Part shown: one piece after another, positions 18,790-28,515 of the stretch
Layout: each line of letters starts with the position of its first letter
Position numbering within the stretch: position 1 is the first letter of the stretch
Source of the DNA: Myxococcota bacterium
GTDB taxonomy: Bacteria > Myxococcota > JACRCW01
Assembly: GCA_040752415.1 (NCBI GenBank)
Contig: JBFMGU010000001.1
Span: 1-64,000 of the forward strand
Direction: 5' to 3'
DNA length: 64,000 bases
Program-made: the position numbers and the translations under genes
Notes under the pieces: model-generated
The model's database searches: none
Told to the model about the DNA's origin: nothing
The model's input: only the letters and a program-made list of their open reading frames with translations

Positions 18790-19839
18790 ATGACGACGGT
18801 GCTGGCCCACGAGGTGGCCATCTGGAAGCTGGAGCGTGAAGGCGCTTGCGGCGTGGGGGACCATTCTCGCGGTTTCGTCCGCAACCTGGGCGGTCGCGTG
18901 GTGGAGTTGGGTCACGGCGCGGAAATGGTGCCCGGGCCGCAGCTGCTCCAGTACGTTCCGCACGGTTGGGACCGCGCGCTGGGATGGGCGGGGGCCCTGA
19001 GCGCGAGACTGGACGACGCCAGTGAGGCGCAGCGCACCTTGTTCCTTCACGAGGCTCGGCGGCGGCCAAGCTGGCGCGTGCGGAGCTGGGGGCACTGGGC
19101 GTCCGATCTGCTTGCGTTGCGTGTTCTCCTGCCGCGGGTTGCACGCGTGGTGGTGACGACGGAGCGACGCGCGGCGCAGGTGCTGGAGTTGATGCGAAGG
19201 TGGAGATTGGATCGCCCGGTGGGCGTTGTGGGGGTGGCGTCCAATGTCCACGCCAGTGACCCGGACGGCGCGCCGGATGTTCCGACGGGAAGCGAGGTGG
19301 CGATCTTTGCGCGGAGCGGCGGCGGCGTGCTGGCGCGGGCGTTGGCGTCGACGGTGGCCGAGCTGCTGCGGCGACGACGGGATGTCCGCGTGGTGCTGCT
19401 GGGGGCGCGCACCCGGGAACCGCATGACGAGGTGCTGAGCGCGCTGAAGGAGCGCGAGGTCCTGGACCGCGTCGACGTGGTGGGCGCGGCTGCGGCGTCC
19501 GACGTCGCGGCGAGAATGGGCTCCGCGCGGGTGGGGCTGGCGCTGCACGACACCGGCGTCTCCGGTCGACGGGGAACCGTGATGGCCATGCTCGCCACGG
19601 GGCTGCCCCTGGTTTCGGCGCGCGGGGTCGATACCGATGGCTGGCTTGAGCGCACGTCGGGCGTGATCCTGGCAACGGAAGCCCGCAAGCCGGATGCCTC
19701 CGCGTTGGCTGACGCGCTGCTCCAGGTCGTGGATGAGCCGGTTCAACGCGCTTTGGAACGACGACACGCCGCAAGCGCCACGTATCTGCAGCACGCGGGT
19801 TGGAGCGCGCTTGGGCGTGTGCTGGAGGGCCGCCAGTGA
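18790..19839 (+). CDS. Putative GT4-like glycosyltransferase
   Basis: CGVGDHS N-terminal motif, LQYVPHGW, VASNV, GVSGRRGTVMAMLATGLPLV. Start uncertain (18718/18775/18790). Confidence 0.7.
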   Translation: MTTVLAHEVAIWKLEREGACGVGDHSRGFVRNLGGRVVELGHGAEMVPGPQLLQYVPHGWDRALGWAGALSARLDDASEAQRTLFLHEARRRPSWRVRSWGHWASDLLALRVLLPRVARVVVTTERRAAQVLELMRRWRLDRPVGVVGVASNVHASDPDGAPDVPTGSEVAIFARSGGGVLARALASTVAELLRRRRDVRVVLLGARTREPHDEVLSALKEREVLDRVDVVGAAAASDVAARMGSARVGLALHDTGVSGRRGTVMAMLATGLPLVSARGVDTDGWLERTSGVILATEARKPDASALADALLQVVDEPVQRALERRHAASATYLQHAGWSALGRVLEGRQ

Positions 19840-21254
19840 CGGCACGCCCTGCTGTTCCCACCATGCCACGCGTCGGGCAGGCCACGCGGCAGATGGGCGG
19901 AAGCGTCTCCCCGCCGCGCACGGGTGCGCGACGCGTCAGCACGTGGGTTGTGCTCCTGATGCTTGCCATCTGTTGCGAGGGGCTGGGACGGAAGTTCCTC
20001 CCCCAGATTCCGTCCGTGGTCTTCTACTTCCTCAAGGACGTCTTCCTCGTCGGAGGGGTGCTTCTGTTTGGAGTGAAGCCGCACGTGAAGGCCGCGGTCA
20101 GGAGCCTGTACGGGCGGTTCGTGCCCATTCTCGTCCTGGCGGTGACCTGGACCGCTGTCGAGATGGTCAACCCCGAACACCAGCACCTGGGACTCTCCCT
20201 CATTGGATTTCGGGCGTATTGGCTTTGGTGGGTGGCGCCGTTGGTGATCGCGGGGGCCCTGCGGGATGAACGCGATCGTCGCAGCGTGCTGCGTGCGCTG
20301 GGCGTCATCTCCACCGGAATCGCGCTGCTGGCCGTGTACCAGTTCAGCCAGCCCGCCAGTTCCGCGGTCAACACGTACGCCCTCTATGATGGACGCGTCA
20401 TGAATGATGTCGACGTCGTCAGCGCGACGGGGCGCGTGCGGGTGTCGTCGACGTTCAGCTATTTGAGTGGCTTTGTTGCCTTCACCCAGCTGGTGCCTCC
20501 CATCCTGCTCTCCCTGGGGCTGGCCGAGAGCGACCGACGCACCCGGTTCTGGTGCCTGGTGGGCGCCGGACTCACGACCGCAGCGCTGCCTATGTCGGGC
20601 TCACGCGGGCCCGTGTTCATCGGTGGTGCGGCCTTGCTCGCGGTTCTGCACAGTGCGGGGTCGTTCCGGACTCGCGCGGGTCGGCGCGTGCTGATGGGGG
20701 TTGCCGCAGCATTGGTGGCAGCGTTCTTCGCATTTCCCGAGGCGACGGAGGGCGTGCGGGCGCGCTTCGAGGGGCGGGACACGTTGGATCGCATCAATTC
20801 GGGCCTGGTGATTCTCCCCCCGGTCGCCATTGCGATCACCCGTTATCCGCTGCTGGGTGTGGGCACGGGGATGAAGCAGAACGCGGCCGACGCGTTTGGA
20901 GTGCGCACGCCCTGGTACAACGAAGGCGAGCCCGGAAAGCTGCTCATCGAGCTGGGCTTGCCAGGATACGTGCTGGTCTGGCTTGCGCGGTTTGGAATTG
21001 CATGGGCCTTGCTGCGTGCCGCGCGAATCCTCAAACAACGAGGACAGCCTGCCATGGCGGGAGCCGCGGTGGCGTACGCGTTGCTCACGTTGACCATCAT
21101 GTTGGTTTTTGACCACGTGGCGCAGGCGCTGTTCTTCACGGGGCTGGGGATGATCCTCCACGCCGTGGTCAACTCCACGCCCTCCGCGGCGGCCGCGCCG
21201 CGCACGTTTCCCGTCGGGGCGCGTGGCCCCGTGGCACTTTCCCGCGCGCGGTGA
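19836..21254 (+). CDS. Wzy-like polysaccharide polymerase / O-antigen ligase-family membrane protein
   Basis: About 10-11 hydrophobic segments; RVSSTFS, SGSRG, PLLGVGTG, ELGLPG; GTGA-coupled on both sides. Confidence 0.7.
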   Translation: MTARPAVPTMPRVGQATRQMGGSVSPPRTGARRVSTWVVLLMLAICCEGLGRKFLPQIPSVVFYFLKDVFLVGGVLLFGVKPHVKAAVRSLYGRFVPILVLAVTWTAVEMVNPEHQHLGLSLIGFRAYWLWWVAPLVIAGALRDERDRRSVLRALGVISTGIALLAVYQFSQPASSAVNTYALYDGRVMNDVDVVSATGRVRVSSTFSYLSGFVAFTQLVPPILLSLGLAESDRRTRFWCLVGAGLTTAALPMSGSRGPVFIGGAALLAVLHSAGSFRTRAGRRVLMGVAAALVAAFFAFPEATEGVRARFEGRDTLDRINSGLVILPPVAIAITRYPLLGVGTGMKQNAADAFGVRTPWYNEGEPGKLLIELGLPGYVLVWLARFGIAWALLRAARILKQRGQPAMAGAAVAYALLTLTIMLVFDHVAQALFFTGLGMILHAVVNSTPSAAAAPRTFPVGARGPVALSRAR

Positions 21255-22423
21255 CCATGACTCCGGCCCCAACGGTGCCGCTGGCGGTGGTTTGCTCCAA
21301 CACCCGCGTTGCAGGCGGTGAGACGTTTCTGCTGCGGCTGGCACGTCATGCACCATCGTTGAAACCCCCTTCCGTGTTCATCTCCCTGGGATTCAACGGT
21401 GGTTCCCTCGAGCAGCAGCTCCAGGCCGTGGGCGCCCAGGTGGTGCGGTTCCCGGCGCCGCGGATGCGCCACGTGGTCTCAACGCTGGCTGTGGCGCGGA
21501 GAATTGCCGCTGAGGTCCGCAGTCGCGGATGCGGGATGGTTCTTGCCAATGGCACGCATCCCTTCGTGTACGCGTCGATTGCGGCGGCATCCGCGGGCGT
21601 GCGGGTGGGCCAATGGCTGCACGATCCTCCCCCATTCTCGGACGGTAACGTAGGCATGGATGAACACCTGGTGCACCTGCTGCGAGGGGATGCGCTCCTG
21701 TTGTGCAATTCCCGCTTCACGTTGCGCGCCGCGGAAAAGACGAGGCCTGCCGGCGCACGGCTGGCACTGACGCCTCCGGGCCAGGCGGTTCACCCTGGAG
21801 ACGACACCACGACGCGGGAGGCGCGGCTGCAGTGGGGCCTTCGGGATGACCAGGTCGTGCTCGGTTTTGCGGGACGGATGGGAGCACTCAAGGGCGTCTG
21901 GCATCTGGCCCACGCGTTGACGGCCCGCGCGGACCTGGCGGGAAGGGTTCAGCTGTTTCTCGTCGGTGGCGACAACCTGGGTCGCGAGGGAGGGGTTGCG
22001 ACCCGCGTGGGCGAGATGCTGCGCGCCGCGGGTTATCACGTCGTCATGCCGGGACATGTCCAGGACCTCCGCCCCTGCCTTCTGGCCATGGATTTCCTCG
22101 TGGCGCCAAGCGTCTTCCCGGAGACATTTGGCCTTTCCGTGCTGGAAGCCATGGCGTTTGGGCTGCCGGTCATTGCTTCGCGCATTGGCGCGCTTCCCGA
22201 GCTGGTGGTCGACGGTGAAACGGGTTGGGTGGTGCCCCCCGGGGATGAGCCCGCGCTGGGAAACGCCGTGGCAGCGGCGGTCATGGATGCGGCGGAGCGC
22301 ACGCGTCGAGGACAGCGGGCCAGGGCGCTGGTCAAAAGGCGCTACAGCATTGAGCGGATGGTGCACGCTTTCGAGACCGCGGTCGCGGGCGCGGACACTT
22401 CGCTGGTGGGTGACGCGTTGTGA
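21251..22423 (+). CDS. GT4 glycosyltransferase
   Basis: GGETFL, AGRMGALKG, PETFGLSVLEAMAFGLPVIASRIGALPE. Confidence 0.92.
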   Translation: MTMTPAPTVPLAVVCSNTRVAGGETFLLRLARHAPSLKPPSVFISLGFNGGSLEQQLQAVGAQVVRFPAPRMRHVVSTLAVARRIAAEVRSRGCGMVLANGTHPFVYASIAAASAGVRVGQWLHDPPPFSDGNVGMDEHLVHLLRGDALLLCNSRFTLRAAEKTRPAGARLALTPPGQAVHPGDDTTTREARLQWGLRDDQVVLGFAGRMGALKGVWHLAHALTARADLAGRVQLFLVGGDNLGREGGVATRVGEMLRAAGYHVVMPGHVQDLRPCLLAMDFLVAPSVFPETFGLSVLEAMAFGLPVIASRIGALPELVVDGETGWVVPPGDEPALGNAVAAAVMDAAERTRRGQRARALVKRRYSIERMVHAFETAVAGADTSLVGDAL

Positions 22424-24327
22424 GACCGGAGCCCATGATGACGACGGGTATGACCACACTTGGGGAGGGTGTTGTTGCGACCCTGGTGTCCCTGGGAGCG
22501 TTGGTCGCCTGCACGGGAGTCGGTGAAGGCGTGGCCCGGGCGCTCCGTTTGACGTCGACGGACGCGCTGGCCTGGGTCCTTTCCCGCATGGCCTTGGGAC
22601 TGGGCGCGGTCTCCCTGGTGGTCGCCCTCCTCGCTGCGGTCGGCGAGTTCCACGTCGTGGCCATGTGGCTGGTCTTTCTGGCTGGCGTGGTGGCGGCCGT
22701 CATCCTGGGCGCGGGCAGGCAGCTCCGCGGCGCCGCGGACGAGCTGCGTGCGATGTGGAAGGCTTGCCCCGTTGGGTTGCGACTCTGGGGTGTTGGTACC
22801 GCGGTGTTGATGGGCATGACGTTGGTGGCGGCCATGGCTCCGCCCTCCAGCGCCGACGCGCTCAGCTACCACCTCGAGATTCCACGCCAGATGCTCCTCA
22901 CGGGTCGGCTTGCGTTTCTGCCGTGGACGTTCGCCTCGTTCTATCCGCAAGGGACCGAGATGCTGATGGCGTTCGCGTCGGCGCTCGGAGGACCCACGGG
23001 CGCAACGCAGATGGTTGCCGTGTTGGGCATTCCCGTTGCGGTGTTGTTGCTGGTGACGGGGAGGATGTGGGGCGGGGCTTCCGCGGGCGTTGCTGCGGTG
23101 TGCCTGGTGCTCGGCACTCCCATGGCGGTTTGGGAGCTGTCCGGCGCTTTCAATGATTATGCGGGAATGGTGTGGATGGGCGCGGCGTGTCTGCCGTTGA
23201 TGAACCCCGAGCGAGAGACCACCGACGCCGAGTTGCGTGCCACCGGGCTCCTTGCCGGTTTCTGTGCCGCTTCCAAGCTCAGCGGCTTCATCCCCGCGGC
23301 CATCTGCGGCGTTGTTGCTGCTTTGGCCGTAGGGCGTCGACGTGGTGCCTCGCAAGCCCTCGTCGCCTTCCTTGGCGTGGGACTCTACGCGCTGCTGGTT
23401 GCCATGCCTTGGTATGCGCGGAGCGTGTACTTCACCGGGAGCCCTGCGTATCCCATGGCCCCCGAGGTCTTTGGCGCGCCCAACATCCCGCCGCGTCTGC
23501 TGCAGTGGCTGCATGAGCACCTCTGGGCGAGCTATGGCCACGGGCGCGATCTCTGGCACATCCTCACCGCGCCGTTGGACCTGGTGGTGCGCGGTGAAGC
23601 CTTTGATCGTGGTCAGGCGCTGGGCCCGTTGGTGTGGGCGTTGTTGCCGTTGGGCGTGTGGAAGCTCCGACGACACGCGGCGCGACCTCTCCTTGCGGTG
23701 GCGGCGTTTTTCCTGGTGTGGGCGGCGCTGATGCCACAGGCGCGCTACGTGCTGCCCATCTGGTGGGCGGCGGCGGGAATTGCGGCGGTGGGAGCATCCG
23801 TGCTGCGCGAGCACCGGGTTGCGACGTCGGTGGCTGGTGTCACCGCGGCGTCGCTCCTCCTGCTTGGTGGCGCCTACGCGGCGAGGTTCCTTCCGGTTGC
23901 GCTGGGGCTCGAGGACCGGGTGGCGTTCCTGGAGCAACGCGTGCTGCTGTTCCGTGAGATGCAGGAGCTGCGACGGCGGGTGGGGCCGGAAGCACGCGTG
24001 CTCGTGGGAGGCATTGCGCATTACTGGATGCCGGGGCCGTATGAAGGATGCCTGGCTGACGACGGAGTGGACTGCGAGCAGCCGGACAAGCGCGTGGCGG
24101 AACAGCGTGGGCTCGCCGGTTTGTTGATTCCGGATGGGCCGCTGGCCCGTCGTGAATTTGCGGATGACCCGCGGTGGCGCGTGGAGCCGCTGGTGGCGGA
24201 TGTACCCGGCCAGCGCTCCGGGGTGGCGCCGGGTGGGAAGTTGGCCATGCTGATGATCCTGCGTGTGGATGATGTTGCGGTGGCGGTGCCCCAACAACAC
24301 CCGGGCGCAGTCGTGGGCGCTCCATGA
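22420..24327 (+). CDS. Polytopic membrane protein, GT-C-like (GT39/ArnT/DUF1420-like)
   Basis: More than 12 hydrophobic segments; loop motifs PPSSADALSYHL, FYPQGTEML, PWYARSVYFTGSPAYP, QARYVLP. Confidence 0.6.
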   Translation: MRPEPMMTTGMTTLGEGVVATLVSLGALVACTGVGEGVARALRLTSTDALAWVLSRMALGLGAVSLVVALLAAVGEFHVVAMWLVFLAGVVAAVILGAGRQLRGAADELRAMWKACPVGLRLWGVGTAVLMGMTLVAAMAPPSSADALSYHLEIPRQMLLTGRLAFLPWTFASFYPQGTEMLMAFASALGGPTGATQMVAVLGIPVAVLLLVTGRMWGGASAGVAAVCLVLGTPMAVWELSGAFNDYAGMVWMGAACLPLMNPERETTDAELRATGLLAGFCAASKLSGFIPAAICGVVAALAVGRRRGASQALVAFLGVGLYALLVAMPWYARSVYFTGSPAYPMAPEVFGAPNIPPRLLQWLHEHLWASYGHGRDLWHILTAPLDLVVRGEAFDRGQALGPLVWALLPLGVWKLRRHAARPLLAVAAFFLVWAALMPQARYVLPIWWAAAGIAAVGASVLREHRVATSVAGVTAASLLLLGGAYAARFLPVALGLEDRVAFLEQRVLLFREMQELRRRVGPEARVLVGGIAHYWMPGPYEGCLADDGVDCEQPDKRVAEQRGLAGLLIPDGPLARREFADDPRWRVEPLVADVPGQRSGVAPGGKLAMLMILRVDDVAVAVPQQHPGAVVGAP

Positions 24328-25460
24328 AGATCGGAATGATCCAGAGCTTCCTTCCCTCGGGCTCTCCGCACGGCGGCGTGGGTCTGCAGGCCCATCAGCT
24401 CGCCAATGAGCTGGTGCGACGCGGCCACCACGTGACCGTGATCTCCCGGGACCCCCGGCCCGTCGACGCGGAATACGCGCACCGCTACCTGCGCACCCCG
24501 GACTTCCTGGCGCGTCCCAAGGTGATGCGCGTTGCGGAGGGGCACTTGTTCCCCATGCGCATTGCGCTGGAGGACCTCACCGGTTTCGACGTGGTGCACG
24601 CACACGGTGACAACGCCTACCTGCTCGGCCGCGGACGCCCGCCGCTGGTGCGGACGTTCCACGGGAGCGCCGTCGACGAGGCCCGGTTTGCACTGTTCGG
24701 TCCACGTCGTGTGGGGATGAAGGAGGTGTACTGGGCGGCACAGCAGCTCTCGTACTACCCGCTGGAATGGTTGGGGGGCTTCTCCGCCGACGTCAACGTG
24801 GGAATCTCCGAGGTGACCCGCGCGCGGTTGCCGTTCGTGGAGTTCATCGTCGGGGAGGCCATCCAGGTGGAGCGGTTCACCCGTCCGCCGAATGCCGCGC
24901 GTGCTCCGCGGCCCACCATCCTGTTCGTGGGAAGCCTGGGCGGGCGCAAGCGCGGGACGCTGCTGGTGCAGGCCTTCCGCGAGCACGTGCTGCCGCGCGT
25001 TCCCGACGCTGAGCTGTGGATGATCTGCGAGCGCGTGGGTGAGGAAGGACCGGTGAAGTACCTGGGCCGACGTGCCAATGCGGAGCTGCCGCCGCTCTTC
25101 CACGCGGCGTGGGCCTTCTGCCTTCCCTCCTCGTACGAGGGCTTCGGCATTCCGTACATTGAAGCCATGGCTGCCGGTCTTCCCGTGGTGGCCACGCCCA
25201 ATGCCGGAGCGCGCGAGGTGCTGCAGGAAGGGCGCGCGGGCCTCCTGGTCTCCGACGACGAGCTTGGTCCCGCGCTGGCTTCTCTCCTCCAGGACGAGCG
25301 GCGGCGATTGGAGGTGGCGGACGCGGGCGTGCGTCGCGCGGCTGACTTCTCGTTCCAGAACATCTCGGATCAGTACGAGCGCTATTACGCGCTGGCTCGG
25401 GACAGGGCGCGGCAGCGCCGAGGCGCGCGCGGCACAGCGTCGGGCGAGGCGACATGCTGA
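24324..25460 (+). CDS. GT4 glycosyltransferase
   Basis: GGVG, DVVHAHGD, TFHG, LFVGSLGGRKRG, YEGFGIPYIEAMAAGLP. Confidence 0.92.
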   Translation: MKIGMIQSFLPSGSPHGGVGLQAHQLANELVRRGHHVTVISRDPRPVDAEYAHRYLRTPDFLARPKVMRVAEGHLFPMRIALEDLTGFDVVHAHGDNAYLLGRGRPPLVRTFHGSAVDEARFALFGPRRVGMKEVYWAAQQLSYYPLEWLGGFSADVNVGISEVTRARLPFVEFIVGEAIQVERFTRPPNAARAPRPTILFVGSLGGRKRGTLLVQAFREHVLPRVPDAELWMICERVGEEGPVKYLGRRANAELPPLFHAAWAFCLPSSYEGFGIPYIEAMAAGLPVVATPNAGAREVLQEGRAGLLVSDDELGPALASLLQDERRRLEVADAGVRRAADFSFQNISDQYERYYALARDRARQRRGARGTASGEATC

Positions 25461-27406
25461 ACCGACTGGGAACGGTGCCCGTGGTCGCGCGGATGCTCGG
25501 GACGCACGGACCCTCGGGCGTCACCAGCACCGGTGCGGGCAGCGCGGCCGCGGCGGTGTTGATGGTCACGTGGTCGGAGCTCGTCGTGGCCTGGCTCTTC
25601 CGCCAGGAGATGCGACTGGATGGCTCCCTCCTTGCGCCCGTGTTGTGCGGCGCCGCCGGCGCGCTGCTGGCCGCGGTGCTTGGTGCGCTCCCACTGCCGC
25701 GGCGGCCGGGATTCCTGGTGGCGTGGTTGTGGGCCGTGATGGCGCTGGTGCACTGGGTGCGTACCCGCGGCCACCCCACGCGCTGGGAGCAGCCGCTCGT
25801 CACCGTCGTCGTCGTGCTCGTTGTCGGCGCGGTGGCGTTGGTGATGCTGTTGCGAATCCGTCGTCGACTGGTGGGGCTGGACGCGTTCCGGTTCCACCGG
25901 ATGCTTCCCGGCGTGGTTGCGGGCGTGGGACTGGGCACGGTTTCTGAAATCGCCACCCGCACGCTGGGCTCATTGTGGCGACGAGGGTGGGAGACCGCGT
26001 TGGTGGTCACCGTCCTGGACCTGGCGGTGATTGTGTTCCTGTGCACCGCGCCCTGGGTTGGCATGTTGTTCCGGACACGCGCGCGACGCTGGGGTGTCAG
26101 TCTCGCCATGGGCGCGCTCCTGTTCGCCGGTGCTCGCGCTTCCGCTTCGTCCGTGAACGTCCTGGCCAAGCCCAGCGGGGATCACAACGTGGTGCTCGTC
26201 ATCGTGGATTCGTTGCGCGCGGACCGCGTGGGCTCCAGCGAGGCTCCCCATCCTGCAACACCCAACCTCTCCGCGCTTGCTGCGCGAGGCGCACGTTGGA
26301 CGGATCACCGCAGCGCCGCCGACGGCACGTTGTGGGCTCTGCCCGCCATCCTGCAAGGAACCCCCACACCGCCGCCGCCCATTGCCCGACCGTTGCTGGA
26401 GCTCACCCTGCTTGGTCGCAGGTTCGTTCCCTTTGGCGACGATCATCTCGTGAAGGATTTTGCCAGCCGGGGGTACCAGACCCATCTCATGCTGGCCTGG
26501 GCCGACGTGCTGGAAGCGCGACCGGCCGTGGGGCGCCCCGTCCTCGCCACCGCCACAACCGTGGCCGTGCCCACGCTGCAAGTCACGGGCGCGGGACATT
26601 TCCTGTGCGCCGTTCTGCTGCGGCTTGGCAGGGCGGCAGCGGAATGCACGGAGCGGCCGTCCATCATGACGGACCCCGCATTCCTCGACGCGGCGCTGCT
26701 GCAGGAGCCCTTCATGCTCCTGGTCCACATGCACGGACCGCACGCCGCCTATCCCCACGCAGAGCCCCGCCGCTTCTTCACCGGCGACGAGAAGGAAGTG
26801 TTCGGCGCGTTCAGCAGGGCCATGCAGGGGAGTAGCCTTGATTCCCGCAACGCGCGGGGGCTGGCCCAGATCTACGACGACAGCGTGCTCCTGGCGGACG
26901 CCGAGGTGGGCAAGCTGGTGGAGGCGCTGGACCGCGCGCCACTGTCCCGCCGCACCATCCTGGCGGTGACCTCCGACCACGGTGAGATGCTGGGTGAGCA
27001 TGGCCGCGTCCTTCACGGCAGGAATCCGTATGAGCCGGCGTTGCGCGTGCCGTTGATCGTCGTCGGTCCGGGGATCACGCCGGGTACCGTGGTGGATGCC
27101 AAGACGCAGCACAGCGACGTTCGCGCCATGCTCGGTGCGCTCGCCAACGGACAGCGTCTCGAGGACCTCGTGGCGGGTCACCTGTCGGACCGTGTTCGCC
27201 CGTTCGTCAGCGGCGGCGGTTACGGCGCGGTTCGCGGCACGTTGAAGGTCTGGATGGACACCCGCACCGCACCAGCCACGCCGGTGGCGTTCGACCTGGC
27301 GGAAGATCCCGGTGAAGACCACCCACGACCCATCTCGGCAGGCTCGCAAGAGGCGGCGCTGTTGGCCCACGCCGCGGAGCTGCTCGGTCAACCGCCCCCG
27401 TTCTGA
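25454..27406 (+). CDS. Membrane-anchored sulfatase/alkaline-phosphatase-superfamily protein
   Basis: N-terminal multi-TM region, then NVVLVIVDSLRAD, TPNL, HGPHAAY, TSDHGEMLGEHG, LRVPLIV. Confidence 0.8.
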   Translation: MLNRLGTVPVVARMLGTHGPSGVTSTGAGSAAAAVLMVTWSELVVAWLFRQEMRLDGSLLAPVLCGAAGALLAAVLGALPLPRRPGFLVAWLWAVMALVHWVRTRGHPTRWEQPLVTVVVVLVVGAVALVMLLRIRRRLVGLDAFRFHRMLPGVVAGVGLGTVSEIATRTLGSLWRRGWETALVVTVLDLAVIVFLCTAPWVGMLFRTRARRWGVSLAMGALLFAGARASASSVNVLAKPSGDHNVVLVIVDSLRADRVGSSEAPHPATPNLSALAARGARWTDHRSAADGTLWALPAILQGTPTPPPPIARPLLELTLLGRRFVPFGDDHLVKDFASRGYQTHLMLAWADVLEARPAVGRPVLATATTVAVPTLQVTGAGHFLCAVLLRLGRAAAECTERPSIMTDPAFLDAALLQEPFMLLVHMHGPHAAYPHAEPRRFFTGDEKEVFGAFSRAMQGSSLDSRNARGLAQIYDDSVLLADAEVGKLVEALDRAPLSRRTILAVTSDHGEMLGEHGRVLHGRNPYEPALRVPLIVVGPGITPGTVVDAKTQHSDVRAMLGALANGQRLEDLVAGHLSDRVRPFVSGGGYGAVRGTLKVWMDTRTAPATPVAFDLAEDPGEDHPRPISAGSQEAALLAHAAELLGQPPPF

Positions 27407-27451
27407 AACCTCGTCCCGCGCCCATCTCGCGCGGGCGGATGCAGGAGCAAC

Positions 27452-28492
27452 ATGACTTCCCAGAACGTCCTCGTCACCGGAGGTTGCGGGTTCATTGGCG
27501 CGCACGCCGCGGCCCATTTCCGCAAGCGCGGTGCACGTGTCCTCTGCGCCGACAACCTCTCGCGCAAGGGCAGCAACGCCAACGCGGAGTGGCTGGGGCG
27601 TGAGCACCAGGTGGAGGTGGAGCGTGTCGACGTCCGCGACGCAGGTGGTATCGCAAAGGTGGTCTCCGCGTTCCAGCCGGACTTCATCATCCACGCGGCC
27701 GGGCAGGTGGCGGTGACGACGTCAGTGACCGATCCACGACGTGACTTCGAGGACAACCTGCTGGGAACGTTCAACACGCTGGAGGCGGCCCGGGCGCTCC
27801 CGCGCAAGCCGATCCTGCTCTACACCAGCACGAACAAGGTCTATGGCGGCATGGAGGACGTCGGCGTGGAGCTTCGCGACGGACGCTATGCGTACAAGAG
27901 TCTCCCCGAAGGATGTCCGGAGACGCGCGGGCTGGACTTCCACAGCCCCTACGGGTGCTCCAAGGGCGCGGCCGACCAGTACGTGCGCGACTACCACCGC
28001 ATCTACGGGCTTCCCACGGTGGTGTTCCGCCAGAGCTGCATCTACGGCCCGCGCCAGTTTGGCGTCGAGGACCAGGGCTGGGTGGCGTGGTTCACCATCC
28101 GCGCCGTGCAGGGGCGCAACGTCACCATCTACGGCGACGGACGCCAGGTGCGCGACGTGTTGCACGTCGAGGATCTGGTTCGCGCGTTCGAGACGGCGTT
28201 CGAGCAGCGTGAGAAGGTAGCCGGTGAGATCTTCAACGTGGGTGGCGGCCCCAAGGCCACGCTGAGCCTGCTGGAGCTGCTCGACGAGCTGGAGCGCATT
28301 GACGGGCGTCCGGTCCAGCACCAGATGGCGGATTGGCGTCCCGGTGATCAACGCGTCTTCGTCGCCGACATCCGGCGCATCGGCGCGGTCCTGGGATGGC
28401 AGCCGAAGATCCTGCCGGCCCAGGGCGTGCGCTCGTTGTACGCGTGGGTTCGGGAGAATCTTGCCGTCGTGGAGCGTGAGCTCAACCGGTGA
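27452..28492 (+). CDS. CDP-paratose 2-epimerase-like (Tyv/RfbE-like) SDR
   Basis: LVTGGCGFIG, AGQVAVTTS, STNKVYG, HSPYGCSKGAADQY, FRQSCIYG, DQGWVAWF, WRPGDQ. Confidence 0.9.
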   Translation: MTSQNVLVTGGCGFIGAHAAAHFRKRGARVLCADNLSRKGSNANAEWLGREHQVEVERVDVRDAGGIAKVVSAFQPDFIIHAAGQVAVTTSVTDPRRDFEDNLLGTFNTLEAARALPRKPILLYTSTNKVYGGMEDVGVELRDGRYAYKSLPEGCPETRGLDFHSPYGCSKGAADQYVRDYHRIYGLPTVVFRQSCIYGPRQFGVEDQGWVAWFTIRAVQGRNVTIYGDGRQVRDVLHVEDLVRAFETAFEQREKVAGEIFNVGGGPKATLSLLELLDELERIDGRPVQHQMADWRPGDQRVFVADIRRIGAVLGWQPKILPAQGVRSLYAWVRENLAVVERELNR

Positions 28493-28515
28493 GGTCGCTT
28501 GGTTGACGAGTTCCG

